From Candidatus Atelocyanobacterium thalassa isolate ALOHA (GTDB taxonomy: Bacteria; Cyanobacteriota; Cyanobacteriia; Cyanobacteriales; Microcystaceae), in assembly GCF_000025125.1 (NCBI RefSeq), contig NC_013771.1:971949-1003948 (forward strand): DNA of 32,000 bases. Reading direction: 5' to 3'. The notes beneath the pieces were generated by a model that had not been told where the DNA came from, ran no database searches, and worked only from the letters and a program-made list of their open reading frames with translations. Positions 1 to 9,239 of this stretch are shown piece after piece (within the stretch, counting starts at the first letter, position 1; each line of letters starts with the position of its first letter). A program made the position numbers and the translations under genes.

Positions 1-474
1 GTATTAAACTTAAACGAATGTTTAGAGTTATCACTTAGTAATATTAAAGCTCTTTATAGAGAAAAACAGATACCTAGGATTGAAACTAAAAGTTTTTTAA
101 ATAATAGATTACCTTTAGTAAAAGCCGATGGAGAATGGTTAGTAGAAGTTCTAGCAAAGTTACTAGACAATGCATGTAAATTTACTAGCAAAGAAGGAAA
201 AATAACCATAGAAATTAATCAAAATAGTCCTCATTATTTAGAAGTGACCATAGCAGATACTGGAAGAGGTATCGAAACCAAGAAATTAGAGACAATTTTT
301 GATAGGTTTTATCAAGAAGAAGGAGCTTTAAGACGTAGTATCGGAGGAACAGGCTTGGGCTTAGCAATTTGTCGTCAAATAGTTCAAGGTTGGGATGGAG
401 AAATTTGGGCAGAGTCTAAAGGTAAAGAACATGGTAGTCAGTTTCACTTTACAGTCCCCATACATTTGACATAA
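1..474 (+). CDS. Sensor histidine kinase, C-terminal part (truncated by window start)
   Basis: Frame 1 is open from base 1. It encodes ...LLDNACKFTSKEGKITIEI...VTIADTGRGIETKKLETIFDRFYQEEGALRRSIGGTGLGLAICRQIV..., with the N, G1 and G2 boxes of a HATPase_c domain. Confidence 0.93.
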   Translation, partial: VLNLNECLELSLSNIKALYREKQIPRIETKSFLNNRLPLVKADGEWLVEVLAKLLDNACKFTSKEGKITIEINQNSPHYLEVTIADTGRGIETKKLETIFDRFYQEEGALRRSIGGTGLGLAICRQIVQGWDGEIWAESKGKEHGSQFHFTVPIHLT

Positions 475-502
475 CTTAATAATATTAAAAAATACAATTA
501 AT

Positions 503-526
503 TTTTAGTTTATTTTGAAACTAAAA
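503..526 (+). terminator. Short hairpin downstream of histidine kinase
   Basis: TTTTAGTTT (503-511) / AAACTAAAA (518-526), perfect 9 bp with 6-nt loop, 28 nt after the stop codon. AT-rich and no strong U tail. Confidence 0.35.
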
Positions 527-572
527 GCTTGAAATAAAAAAGACAGTGTGTTACGATACTATCTGGTATAAA

Positions 573-653
573 GCGGACGTGGCGGAATTGGTAGACGCGC
601 TAGATTTAGGTTCTAGTGTCCTTGGCGTGAGAGTTCGAGTCTCTCCGTCCGCA
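573..653 (+). tRNA. tRNA-Leu (anticodon UAG)
   Basis: Acceptor stem GCGGACG/CGTCCGC, discriminator A, D-arm GGCGGAATTGGTAGACGC, anticodon stem CTAGA/TCTAG with loop TTTAGGT (anticodon TAG), long variable arm, T-arm GAGTTCGAGTCTC. Confidence 0.96.
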
Positions 654-672
654 TAATCGAAATCACTAGTAA

Positions 673-2433
673 TTATTCTTCTTCATTAAAATCATTAATA
701 GATAATTTTTCTATATTCCAGAATGCTCCTCTTAGTGAAGAGTAGTTAATATCTACAAAACGATTTTTAACTGCCGCAAAAGAATAAGGATTGACTAAAT
801 AAATAAACGGTAAATTTTCTGAGACTACTTCTTGTGCTTCTGCGTAAATTTTTTCTCTTTTTTCAAGAGAAAGTTCTTGAGAGCCAGCCACGTATAAATC
901 TTCTATTCTTTTCTCCCATTCTGATACTGTCCTCCCAGTCAATGACTTTGAATTAGATTGTAATTCTTGATTAAACATATGGAGATTTCCATCTGTATAC
1001 CAAACATTGGGGGAATGTGGTTCATTTCCTCCCGTAAATCCGATAATATTAGCTTCCCAATCCAAAGAGTTACTTAATTTATCTATTAATACATTAAAAG
1101 CAAGAGGGCTAAAATTAACCTTTATCCCTAATTCTCTTAAATCCTCTTTAATTTGTGCACCGATAGCTTCACGAACTTTATTTCCTGCATTAGTTATTAA
1201 ATTAAATTCTACATAGTTACCATTTTTATCTAGTAAATTAGAATCTTTATCATATTTAAAACCTTCTTTTCGTAATAATTCTCTAGATTTCTCGATATCA
1301 TAATCGTAACCTTTGATTGTTTCATCATAATAAGGAGATTGTATAGAAATCTGAGTATCTTGAAAACTTCCTAAGCCTCTATAAATATTATTTATTATTC
1401 GAGTTCTATTAATTCCGTAAGCAATGGCTTTTCTGAAATTTTTGTTATTAAACCAGCTTGATTTAATAGGATCTACCAAAGACTTTCCATCCCTTTTACC
1501 TTCATTAAGATTAAAAGACATAAAGTTAGTCCCATATGAAGGTCCTCCATTATAAATAGTGAAATTATTACGTTTTTCTTCTCTTTTCAAGAGAGAAAAA
1601 TACTCTGGGGTAACACTAATGGAGTCTAAACTTCCAGATCTAAATTGTAACAATGCCGTATCAGTAGATTCTACAATTTCCCAAATAACATTCTCAATAT
1701 TAGGCAATTGTGATCCTTTAGAATCTTTTTTCCAATAATAGGGATTTCTCTCAAAAATAATTCGCTGACTAGTGATATATTTTTTAATCTTAAAAGGACC
1801 ATTAACAATAATATCTTCAGGAGAAGTATCAGTTCCCCAAGTCGATAAAAATTTGGGATTCCCCTTATCATCAATATTCTGCACGCTTTTAAGTAAGACG
1901 TGAGCAGGTAGTATAGGAAGTTGAGCGTTATCTAAGAAAGGGGCGAATGGTTCAGAGATTTTAAATTCAATACGTTGCTGATCAATTTTTCTTATGATTG
2001 GTAATTTTCCACTCTTTCCTACCCTGAAATTGTCTCGATAGTTATTAGGAATTTTTTTATTAAGATATAAATTATTATAAGTAAAAATAATATCATCCAC
2101 AGTCAAATCTTCACCATCAGACCATTTAAGATTTTTCCTTAAGGTAAATATAATATTTAATTTATCATCAGAGATTTTCCAGGACTCTGCAAGTGCTGGT
2201 TCTTTTTTCCCAGTAATAGGATTTTCTGTAATTAACCCTTCATAGGTTAATGAAAAAATATTTGGAGATTCCTGAGATAAAATAGCGTTAAAAGTTTTAG
2301 GATCACTTAAAACAGATAAAACGACTTGATTCTTGTTAGTGTTTGTAACACAAGCATTGAGCTGTAATAAACATATACTGACTAAAACGATCAATAACCA
2401 ACGCAGAAAAATAATATATTTTTTCTTGTACAT
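673..2433 (-). CDS. Peptide/oligopeptide ABC transporter substrate-binding lipoprotein (SBP_bac_5 family)
   Basis: 586 aa. N-terminal hydrophobic segment with lipobox (LLQLNAC). Family-typical FNAI..., LTYEGLI..., GTWGTDTSPEDIIVNGPFKIKKY, FNLNEGKR, FRKAIAYGINR. Confidence 0.9.
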   Translation of the reverse strand: MYKKKYIIFLRWLLIVLVSICLLQLNACVTNTNKNQVVLSVLSDPKTFNAILSQESPNIFSLTYEGLITENPITGKKEPALAESWKISDDKLNIIFTLRKNLKWSDGEDLTVDDIIFTYNNLYLNKKIPNNYRDNFRVGKSGKLPIIRKIDQQRIEFKISEPFAPFLDNAQLPILPAHVLLKSVQNIDDKGNPKFLSTWGTDTSPEDIIVNGPFKIKKYITSQRIIFERNPYYWKKDSKGSQLPNIENVIWEIVESTDTALLQFRSGSLDSISVTPEYFSLLKREEKRNNFTIYNGGPSYGTNFMSFNLNEGKRDGKSLVDPIKSSWFNNKNFRKAIAYGINRTRIINNIYRGLGSFQDTQISIQSPYYDETIKGYDYDIEKSRELLRKEGFKYDKDSNLLDKNGNYVEFNLITNAGNKVREAIGAQIKEDLRELGIKVNFSPLAFNVLIDKLSNSLDWEANIIGFTGGNEPHSPNVWYTDGNLHMFNQELQSNSKSLTGRTVSEWEKRIEDLYVAGSQELSLEKREKIYAEAQEVVSENLPFIYLVNPYSFAAVKNRFVDINYSSLRGAFWNIEKLSINDFNEEE

Positions 2434-2468
2434 TCTACTTAAGTGCTTGATTAAGAATATTATCTAGA

Positions 2469-2556
2469 ATATTAATAAAATAAAGTTATGTAAATACAAT
2501 AAAAAAATATATTTTTAAATAAGATTTCTTTTTATATAACTTTATTTTATTAATAT
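2469..2556 (-). repeat. 21-bp perfect inverted repeat between permease and substrate-binding genes
   Basis: ATATTAATAAAATAAAGTTAT (2469-2489) / ATAACTTTATTTTATTAATAT (2536-2556), 46-nt spacer. The right arm overlaps the permease stop codon. Confidence 0.75.
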
Positions 2557-3575
2557 CTAATACGAGGATCAATATAGGCATTGAGTAAGTCAACTAAAAT
2601 ACTTACTGAAACTACAATCACAGAAAAAAAGACCATAATTCCCTGAACTGTTGCGTAATCTCTTGCAGCTATTGCTTGATATAAGCTATTACCTAGTCCA
2701 GGCCAAGAAAAAGTCACTTCAGTTAAAACTGCACCACCTAATAAAGAAGAAAAAATTAGACCTAGAATAGTAACAACTGGGATAAGAGCATTCTTAAAAG
2801 CATAGACAAATAAAATTCTATATACAGGTATGCCACGAGCTTTTGCAGCTTCAACATATTTAGCCTTAAGAGTATGCTTAAGGTTCAACCTGACTATCCT
2901 TTCAAAGATACCACTTAGTAATAATCCTAAAGTGATACAAGGCAATATTAGGTGATAAATAGAAGTAAAAAATTGATAGACATCGCCATTTAGAATACTG
3001 TCTAAAGTATAAATTCCTGTTATTTTGCTAGGAGAGATTTTATCTACTGGAAAGCGAGTTCCGAGAGGAAGTAGCTTTAGTTGTACTGCAAAGATTAACT
3101 GAAAAACCATCCCTACCCAAAAAATTGGTAATGAATAAGATATTATTCCGAATAATCGACTAACTAGATCTACTGTAGTATTAGGATTTAATGCTGATAT
3201 GATTCCTGCGGTTACACCAAGAATTATTGCCACAATCATACTATATAGTGTTAATTCAGCAGTAGCAGGGAAATGCTCCTTAATTATTTCCCATACAGGC
3301 TGTCCTTGGTTAACAATAGAAGTTCCTAAATTTAAAAGTAAAAGTTGGCCTAAATAATTTAAGTATTGTAGCCAGAGCGGCTGGTTTAATCCTAAAGTTT
3401 CTCTTAAGTTTTCTTTAGCAAATTCTGGAGCACGATTTCCTAAAATTGCATCAACTGGATCTCCTGTTGCTATTCTTAAAAGCAAAAATACTAGAGTGAC
3501 TATTGTCCATATCATTAAAGGGGCAAGAAGTAAGCGAACAAGAACATAGTTTTGTATTGCTTTAAGACGAGACAT
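2550..3575 (-). CDS. Peptide ABC transporter permease (DppB/OppB-type)
   Basis: 341 aa with multiple transmembrane segments and the BPD_transp motif (GRLKHTLKAKYVEAAKARGIPVYRILFVYAFKNALIPVVTILG), and VEVTFSWPGLGNSLYQAIAARDYATVQG. Confidence 0.93.
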   Translation of the reverse strand: MSRLKAIQNYVLVRLLLAPLMIWTIVTLVFLLLRIATGDPVDAILGNRAPEFAKENLRETLGLNQPLWLQYLNYLGQLLLLNLGTSIVNQGQPVWEIIKEHFPATAELTLYSMIVAIILGVTAGIISALNPNTTVDLVSRLFGIISYSLPIFWVGMVFQLIFAVQLKLLPLGTRFPVDKISPSKITGIYTLDSILNGDVYQFFTSIYHLILPCITLGLLLSGIFERIVRLNLKHTLKAKYVEAAKARGIPVYRILFVYAFKNALIPVVTILGLIFSSLLGGAVLTEVTFSWPGLGNSLYQAIAARDYATVQGIMVFFSVIVVSVSILVDLLNAYIDPRIRY

Positions 3576-4105
3576 TGCAGTAAATAATAGCAGGTATATT
3601 ATGTATATTTTAAAGGCTTTAGTTTAATTTAGTCACTATTTAAAATGCTTAAGCTTTTTATTAATCAAGTTTAAAATGAAGAATCTAATTTTTATTTTTT
3701 TAATCAATATAGATTCAAATATTTTCTATAAAAATAATTAAACTATATACAACTCATACAAAATATATTTATTTACCTATAAAATCTTTAAAAAATATAG
3801 TGGTAATAGATAATAAATATAAATTTCGCATCTGAGATTGAGGAGATTAAATACATAATAAAAACTCATTTCATACACTATTTTATAAAGAATTTATTAG
3901 AACATCTTAAGTGAAAAACTAAAGACCAAAAGATAATCTAAGTTTTTGAATACTCATTAATAAATATATGAAGTTAAAGTAAATACTATAACTTTAAGTA
4001 TGTCTGGTCTTTTATTTAATCTTAAATGAAGAAATTGACAAAAACAGTTAAAATATAAGACTAGTTTAAGATCTAGAGCAAGAAATTCACCTTTCGGTAT
4101 GCTCC

Positions 4106-5239
4106 ATGGCAGCATTTTTCAATAATAACTTTAAAGTTTTAATTCGTCCTTTAAAATATCAGGATCTTGATTGGCTAGAGACCCTAGATATTGAAACAAT
4201 TCAAGTTCAACCAAGTTTAGGTTATATTTCTTTTCGAGAGGAATTAAAACAAACCAGATACTGGTTTAGATTAATAGAAATGTTTAATCAGTTTCCTAAT
4301 TCTTTTAGAAACTACCGTAAAGTTTATATTGCAGAGTTACTGAGCATTTCTGGTGATCCAATATTAAAAGGATTTATTCACATCTCTCCTTTCAATATAA
4401 ATTTAAGTACCTGGCGTATTGAAAGAATTATAGTTGTTTCAGATAAAAAACAATATGAAAAATTGAGCAATCCGAAAGAACTTGGAGCTCAATTATTACG
4501 CTACTGCCTAGGGATTATATGTGAGGCACGAACCTGGATTCTAGAAGTTGATATTAATAAAAATGACTTCTTGGCTTTATATCGTCAAAATGGTTTTCAG
4601 CCTTTAGCTAAACTTACTTATTGGGTACTAGATTCAGAACTACTATGGACTTTGTCACAAAAAAAAATAAATATCCCTAACCTCATGCCTGTTAGTAACT
4701 CTGATGCACATTTACTATGTCAATTAGATTGTGTATCTATGCCTCCTTTGTTACGTCAAGTTTTTGATCGTAATTCTGAAGATTTTAAACAATCTTTATT
4801 GGTATCAATATTTACAAAATGGCAACAGTGGTTCTTTAATAAGGAAATAGCCAAAGGTTATGTTTTTGAACCTCAACGAAAGATAGCAATTGGTTATTTT
4901 AAATTAGTTTTATCGAAAGATAATTCTCAATCACACCAAGCATACCTAACAATTCATCCTGCTTATGCTTGGCTTTATCCAAAGTTATTAGTGCAAGTAG
5001 CACAAATTGCCCAAAAATATCCTAATCAAAATTTAGAAATTGTATCAGCAGATTATCAACATGAAAGGGAAACTTATCTAAATGAACTTGGAGTAAATCG
5101 TACTAAGAGTACTTTATTAATGTCACGTTCTGTATGGCATAAGTTGAAAGAAGTTAAGACCAACGAACTTTATTTATCTGAAATGTTGCAAGGATTACAT
5201 GTAAACCGGAGGAATCCTATTCCTGACAGATTTTTTTAA
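4106..5239 (+). CDS. Putative GNAT-like N-acetyltransferase family protein
   Basis: 377-aa ORF. N-terminal RPLKYQDLDWLE and WRIERIIVVS...AQLLRYCLGIICEARTWILEVDINKNDFLALYRQNGFQPLAKLTYW resemble a GNAT fold. Confidence 0.65.
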   Translation: MAAFFNNNFKVLIRPLKYQDLDWLETLDIETIQVQPSLGYISFREELKQTRYWFRLIEMFNQFPNSFRNYRKVYIAELLSISGDPILKGFIHISPFNINLSTWRIERIIVVSDKKQYEKLSNPKELGAQLLRYCLGIICEARTWILEVDINKNDFLALYRQNGFQPLAKLTYWVLDSELLWTLSQKKINIPNLMPVSNSDAHLLCQLDCVSMPPLLRQVFDRNSEDFKQSLLVSIFTKWQQWFFNKEIAKGYVFEPQRKIAIGYFKLVLSKDNSQSHQAYLTIHPAYAWLYPKLLVQVAQIAQKYPNQNLEIVSADYQHERETYLNELGVNRTKSTLLMSRSVWHKLKEVKTNELYLSEMLQGLHVNRRNPIPDRFF

Positions 5240-5439
5240 ACTAAAATATTAATAAAGTTTGTCAAAAAGTTTATTATTAACTGTTCATATTTATACAAAG
5301 TAATCTAATAGTGAAATTTAAATATGGGGAAAATTTACATAACATTATATTTAAAGAAAAATATTACATATTATGTAAATCTTGTTGAATTATTGAGATA
5401 ATATAAAGTCCTAATATTATTTTGGTGTTGAAATTTATT

Positions 5440-5784
5440 GTGTCTCAACTTACTCTTAATTTGGCTCAAGGATCTATAAAGTTTAATTTTCCTTTTGAAG
5501 CTGCACAAGCTTTAAAGGTAGAGATTGATAATTTAATGCAAAAGCTAAAAATAGTTGCATCTAAAATTAATAATGGAGAACAAAAAAAAGCAGAAGAATC
5601 CTTAGACTATCAGTATATAGGAGAAGTATTTATAGAAATTTTTTGCAATCCAAACATTTATCCTACCCCATTTGCCGCGAAAGTATTACTTACTATTCGA
5701 GATGACAAAATTCGTTTTAGTACAGAAACAGAATTGACTCGAATTGTTGATGATTTAAGACAATATTTTGAACAATTGAATTAA
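5440..5784 (+). CDS. Conserved hypothetical protein
   Basis: The ORF track gives 5422-5784 from a TTG codon. A GTG start at 5440 (MSQLTLNLAQGSIKFNFPFEAAQALKVEIDNLM...) is more plausible. No family assigned with certainty. Confidence 0.7.
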   Translation: MSQLTLNLAQGSIKFNFPFEAAQALKVEIDNLMQKLKIVASKINNGEQKKAEESLDYQYIGEVFIEIFCNPNIYPTPFAAKVLLTIRDDKIRFSTETELTRIVDDLRQYFEQLN

Positions 5785-5833
5785 TTAATAATATGGGTAA
5801 CCAATGATATGGTCTACCCATATTATTAGTTAA
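5781..5833. terminator. Probable bidirectional terminator between convergent genes
   Basis: TTAATTAATAATATGGGTA (5781-5799) / TACCCATATTATTAGTTAA (5815-5833), 18/19 paired. Lies between the convergent CDSs ending at 5784 (+) and 5913 (-). Confidence 0.65.
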
Positions 5834-5912
5834 TTTTTTTAGCAATAATAGTTAACTAATTATTATTTTTGATATCAAGTAGAATAATATTTGGACCTGA
5901 TTTAGTGATAAC

Positions 5913-8795
5913 TTATAAATTAGTTTCTTTTTTAAAAATGGAATTCAAGGCCTCGCTTAAAGTTTTTGCCATAACAACTTGATTTTCATAGACAACTATT
6001 ACTCTAACTAAAGTTGGCAAACTATTTTTTTTAGCTTCTAAGTATAATGGTTCAACATAAAGTAGTGACTGCTCTTTGAAAAAAGGAATTACTAAAAGAT
6101 TTCCTTGTATTACTTGTGATTTTTGTCTACTCCATAAAGAGATTTGTTGAGAAATAACTGGATCTTGACTGATCAATGCCTCTACTTGCTCTGGACCGTA
6201 GACAATTCTTTGCTTAGGTAGTCTAAATAAAAGCATTTCACCATAGTTATTTTCATCTGAACGGGCAAATAATCCAGCAACTAAATTATTACGACTAGTA
6301 GGAGTATAAACATTAAATAACATAAATTCTGGTGTATCGTTTGTCAGACTCATTAGTAAGTAATAAGGTTCTACTGGTTGCTGATTTTCTCCATAAATTT
6401 CTTGAGGAATTCGCCACTGATCTTCTCGGTTATAAAAAACTTTAGGATCTGTCATATGATAAGTTAATAACCTTTCTGATTGAGCATTAAACATATCTTT
6501 TGGATAGCGTATATGGTCTTTTATAGAAATAGGGATTTCTTGAAATGGTTTAAAAAGATTCGGAAATATTCTATTCCATGTTTTAATTAGCGGATCATCT
6601 GGATCAATAACATAAAAGCTAATATCTCCATCATAAGCATCAATAACAATTTTTACTGAATTACGAATATAGTTAAAGGGAAAATCTCCTGGTTCAGAAT
6701 AAGGATAACGATTACTAGTTGTATAAGCATCGATCATCCAATACAATTTTGCCTTTTCTAGTTTATTATTTTTTGCTTGTACTTCAGTTGTTACCAAATA
6801 AGGATCATTGTCAAAAAGAAGGAATGGGGCAATTTTTCTTATTCTTTGGTTAATATTACGTCGGAATATCAGTCGAGTATCTGGAGTAAAATTATGAGTG
6901 AAGATCATTTGCCAATCTCTTAAATAATTAGCAAATAAAATCTTTCTAGCCCAATTTTTGATTTTAATTCCTCCCTTGCCATCATAGGTATTATAGACAT
7001 TGTCTTGTCCACTAGGAAAATCTAATTCTTGGACCTCTGTATTAGTCATAATATATGTATTAGTTGATTCTCCAAAATAAATTCTAGGATTATCAATAGA
7101 AGTATTGTCTTCTGAGTTTTCAAAAGTTTTTTCATTTAATATTTTGTTGTTTGTATTGATATTTTGTACGGAATAAAATGGTAATCCGCCTTCATCTACT
7201 TTATTTACTGGCGACAAAGTAAATCCGTAGCCATGTGTATATACTAAATGTTCATTAACCCAAGTTTTTGCAGGTTTTGGAACTTCTTCATAATCCAATT
7301 CTCGAGCCGCAATTAAAACCTGTTCTTTTACGATTTTAGATAAATTATCATTTTCTTCTAATGATATTGAGTAACGATCAATATCTGCATCATTAAATTT
7401 ATAATAAGGTCGGAGTTGTTGTAGCTGACGATTAGTTTGTAATAAAGGACGAGGATCCCATAAACGAATATTATTGATAGTGAGACGGTTTTCGTCTAAA
7501 AATTTCTCAGTTAAGTTTCCAGTTCCATCAAAAGTTTTAATTCTTATCTTATCAAGATTAAAAGCACGTCGAGTTGAGGCGATATTGCGTTTAATATAAG
7601 GAATTTCTTGTGCTAATTCATTAGGTTCTACAATTAAACTTTGTATAACCTCTTGACCAAACCAGGTCATAGGCAAAATAGCTATATACAAAAATAATGG
7701 AGTGTAATAAAAAATACTTTTTGCATTACTTGTCATTCCTCGAAGTAATAATAGTAAAGATAAAATAGTTGCTATTATTGCTGTTAGCGTATAAACAGGG
7801 ATAAGAAAATAAACATCAGTATAGCTAGCTCCAAAAACAACTCCTTTAGTCGAGTATAGTAATTCATATCTAGCTAACCAATGATGAAATGCAATAACTA
7901 ATACAAGTAAGCTACTTAAGGTAAATATATGACGCAATTGTTTCTGAGAAAATCCTGGGAAAATACCATGTCCTATGCTATTTGCTGCCATAAGATAAGT
8001 TAGGACAACCGAAATCAAGCCAAATAAGAACAAACCACTTAACCAAAAATCAATTAACTTCCAAAATGGGAAACTAAAAGTATAAAAACTAATATCTTTA
8101 CCAAATTGAGGATCAGCTTCACCAAAAGGAACAGAATATAAATATTGTAAAACTCTAGACCAATTACTAGATAATATAAGACCTAATGTAAAACCAAAAA
8201 TCAAAGATGTTACTCTAAAAAAAAGTTTTACATTGTATAAAACTAAAATTATAGTTAGTCCAATAATCCCAATTTTCCATAATTGGTTTAATTCTTGAAA
8301 TATAAACTTAAAATTAAAATCTAGAAAAGATAAAGAAGGAAGAGTTGGTATCTCATTTTGTAAAGGGAAATTAAATATCCAAGAATTATAGGCAATTTGA
8401 CAAAAATATGTAAGCATAAACCCTACAATTCCCCCTAACGCCATAACAATCAAAATTAGATGCAATAATCCTAGAGAAAAACAAGGAGGAGAAGAATCAA
8501 GTTGTATAAATTGAGATTTTTTTTTAGGATATATCTTGTGATTTTGAAAAGAGTCACTCCATTTATCATGTTCTGCTTGGTTTAAATTTTTAAATAAAAA
8601 CCATATAGAAAAGCTGCTGATGAATATTAACAAATTTAGCTTCCAAAAAAGCTGTTTTAAAAAAACTTCTAGATAGCCTACTTCTTCAAACCAAAATTTT
8701 TCTACAATAATATAAGAAAATAATTCACAAAGACATCCAATGATTAGTATAGATAAACCAGATTGAATAAAAAAACGTTTTGAAAGTTTTAACAT
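5913..8795 (-). CDS. UPF0182 family (COG1615) large integral membrane protein
   Basis: 960 aa. Several N-terminal TM helices, then a long soluble region with NEPYIKRNIASTRRAFNLD, DGTGNLT, IRLWDPRPLLQTNRQLQQLRPYYKF, HLVYTHGYGFTLSPVN, GLPFYSVQNI. Confidence 0.92.
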   Translation of the reverse strand: MLKLSKRFFIQSGLSILIIGCLCELFSYIIVEKFWFEEVGYLEVFLKQLFWKLNLLIFISSFSIWFLFKNLNQAEHDKWSDSFQNHKIYPKKKSQFIQLDSSPPCFSLGLLHLILIVMALGGIVGFMLTYFCQIAYNSWIFNFPLQNEIPTLPSLSFLDFNFKFIFQELNQLWKIGIIGLTIILVLYNVKLFFRVTSLIFGFTLGLILSSNWSRVLQYLYSVPFGEADPQFGKDISFYTFSFPFWKLIDFWLSGLFLFGLISVVLTYLMAANSIGHGIFPGFSQKQLRHIFTLSSLLVLVIAFHHWLARYELLYSTKGVVFGASYTDVYFLIPVYTLTAIIATILSLLLLLRGMTSNAKSIFYYTPLFLYIAILPMTWFGQEVIQSLIVEPNELAQEIPYIKRNIASTRRAFNLDKIRIKTFDGTGNLTEKFLDENRLTINNIRLWDPRPLLQTNRQLQQLRPYYKFNDADIDRYSISLEENDNLSKIVKEQVLIAARELDYEEVPKPAKTWVNEHLVYTHGYGFTLSPVNKVDEGGLPFYSVQNINTNNKILNEKTFENSEDNTSIDNPRIYFGESTNTYIMTNTEVQELDFPSGQDNVYNTYDGKGGIKIKNWARKILFANYLRDWQMIFTHNFTPDTRLIFRRNINQRIRKIAPFLLFDNDPYLVTTEVQAKNNKLEKAKLYWMIDAYTTSNRYPYSEPGDFPFNYIRNSVKIVIDAYDGDISFYVIDPDDPLIKTWNRIFPNLFKPFQEIPISIKDHIRYPKDMFNAQSERLLTYHMTDPKVFYNREDQWRIPQEIYGENQQPVEPYYLLMSLTNDTPEFMLFNVYTPTSRNNLVAGLFARSDENNYGEMLLFRLPKQRIVYGPEQVEALISQDPVISQQISLWSRQKSQVIQGNLLVIPFFKEQSLLYVEPLYLEAKKNSLPTLVRVIVVYENQVVMAKTLSEALNSIFKKETNL

Positions 8796-9129
8796 TGTAT
8801 AAAAATTAGAGTTTTAAATACAGGAATTACAAATCACGAAGGAAGTTAAGATTAATTTTCTTATTTGTGTTTTAGTATATAGTGCCTATAAATAATATGT
8901 TAGTGCCTAATTATTTATATAAGAATGAGATACAGCTTACTAATATATCTAGTAGATTATAAGTTTTACAACTTATCTTGGTAAAGTTACTATAAAAACT
9001 GACTGATATTCAATGAAGGTAATACCTTAATATACAAACAGATAAATTTTTAAAGATTTAAATTATTGAAGTAATTTTTATTGATAATGAGCTATGTATA
9101 GCTGCATATTATAATTAATCGTACAAACA

Positions 9130-9190
9130 TAAAAAATATAAATCATACTTTATAGAAAAATTTTCCATAAAATATGATTTATATTTTTTA
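9130..9190. terminator. Near-perfect 61-nt palindrome downstream of rpoC1
   Basis: Outer arms TAAAAAATATAAATCATA (9130-9147) / TATGATTTATATTTTTTA (9173-9190) are perfect. The inner arms pair 10/12. Flanking A6/T6 tracts suit a bidirectional intrinsic terminator. Confidence 0.6.
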
Positions 9191-9239
9191 AATAACTTTA
9201 AAATAATCTTTCTATGTAATAGAAATACAATACATAAGA

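Noticed and set aside
1007-1216. ORF of 69 aa on + strand inside the substrate-binding protein gene
   Set aside because: Antisense to a well-supported CDS, with no recognisable motif.
1671-1874. 67-aa minus-strand ORF
   Set aside because: Alternative frame inside the 673-2433 substrate-binding protein CDS.
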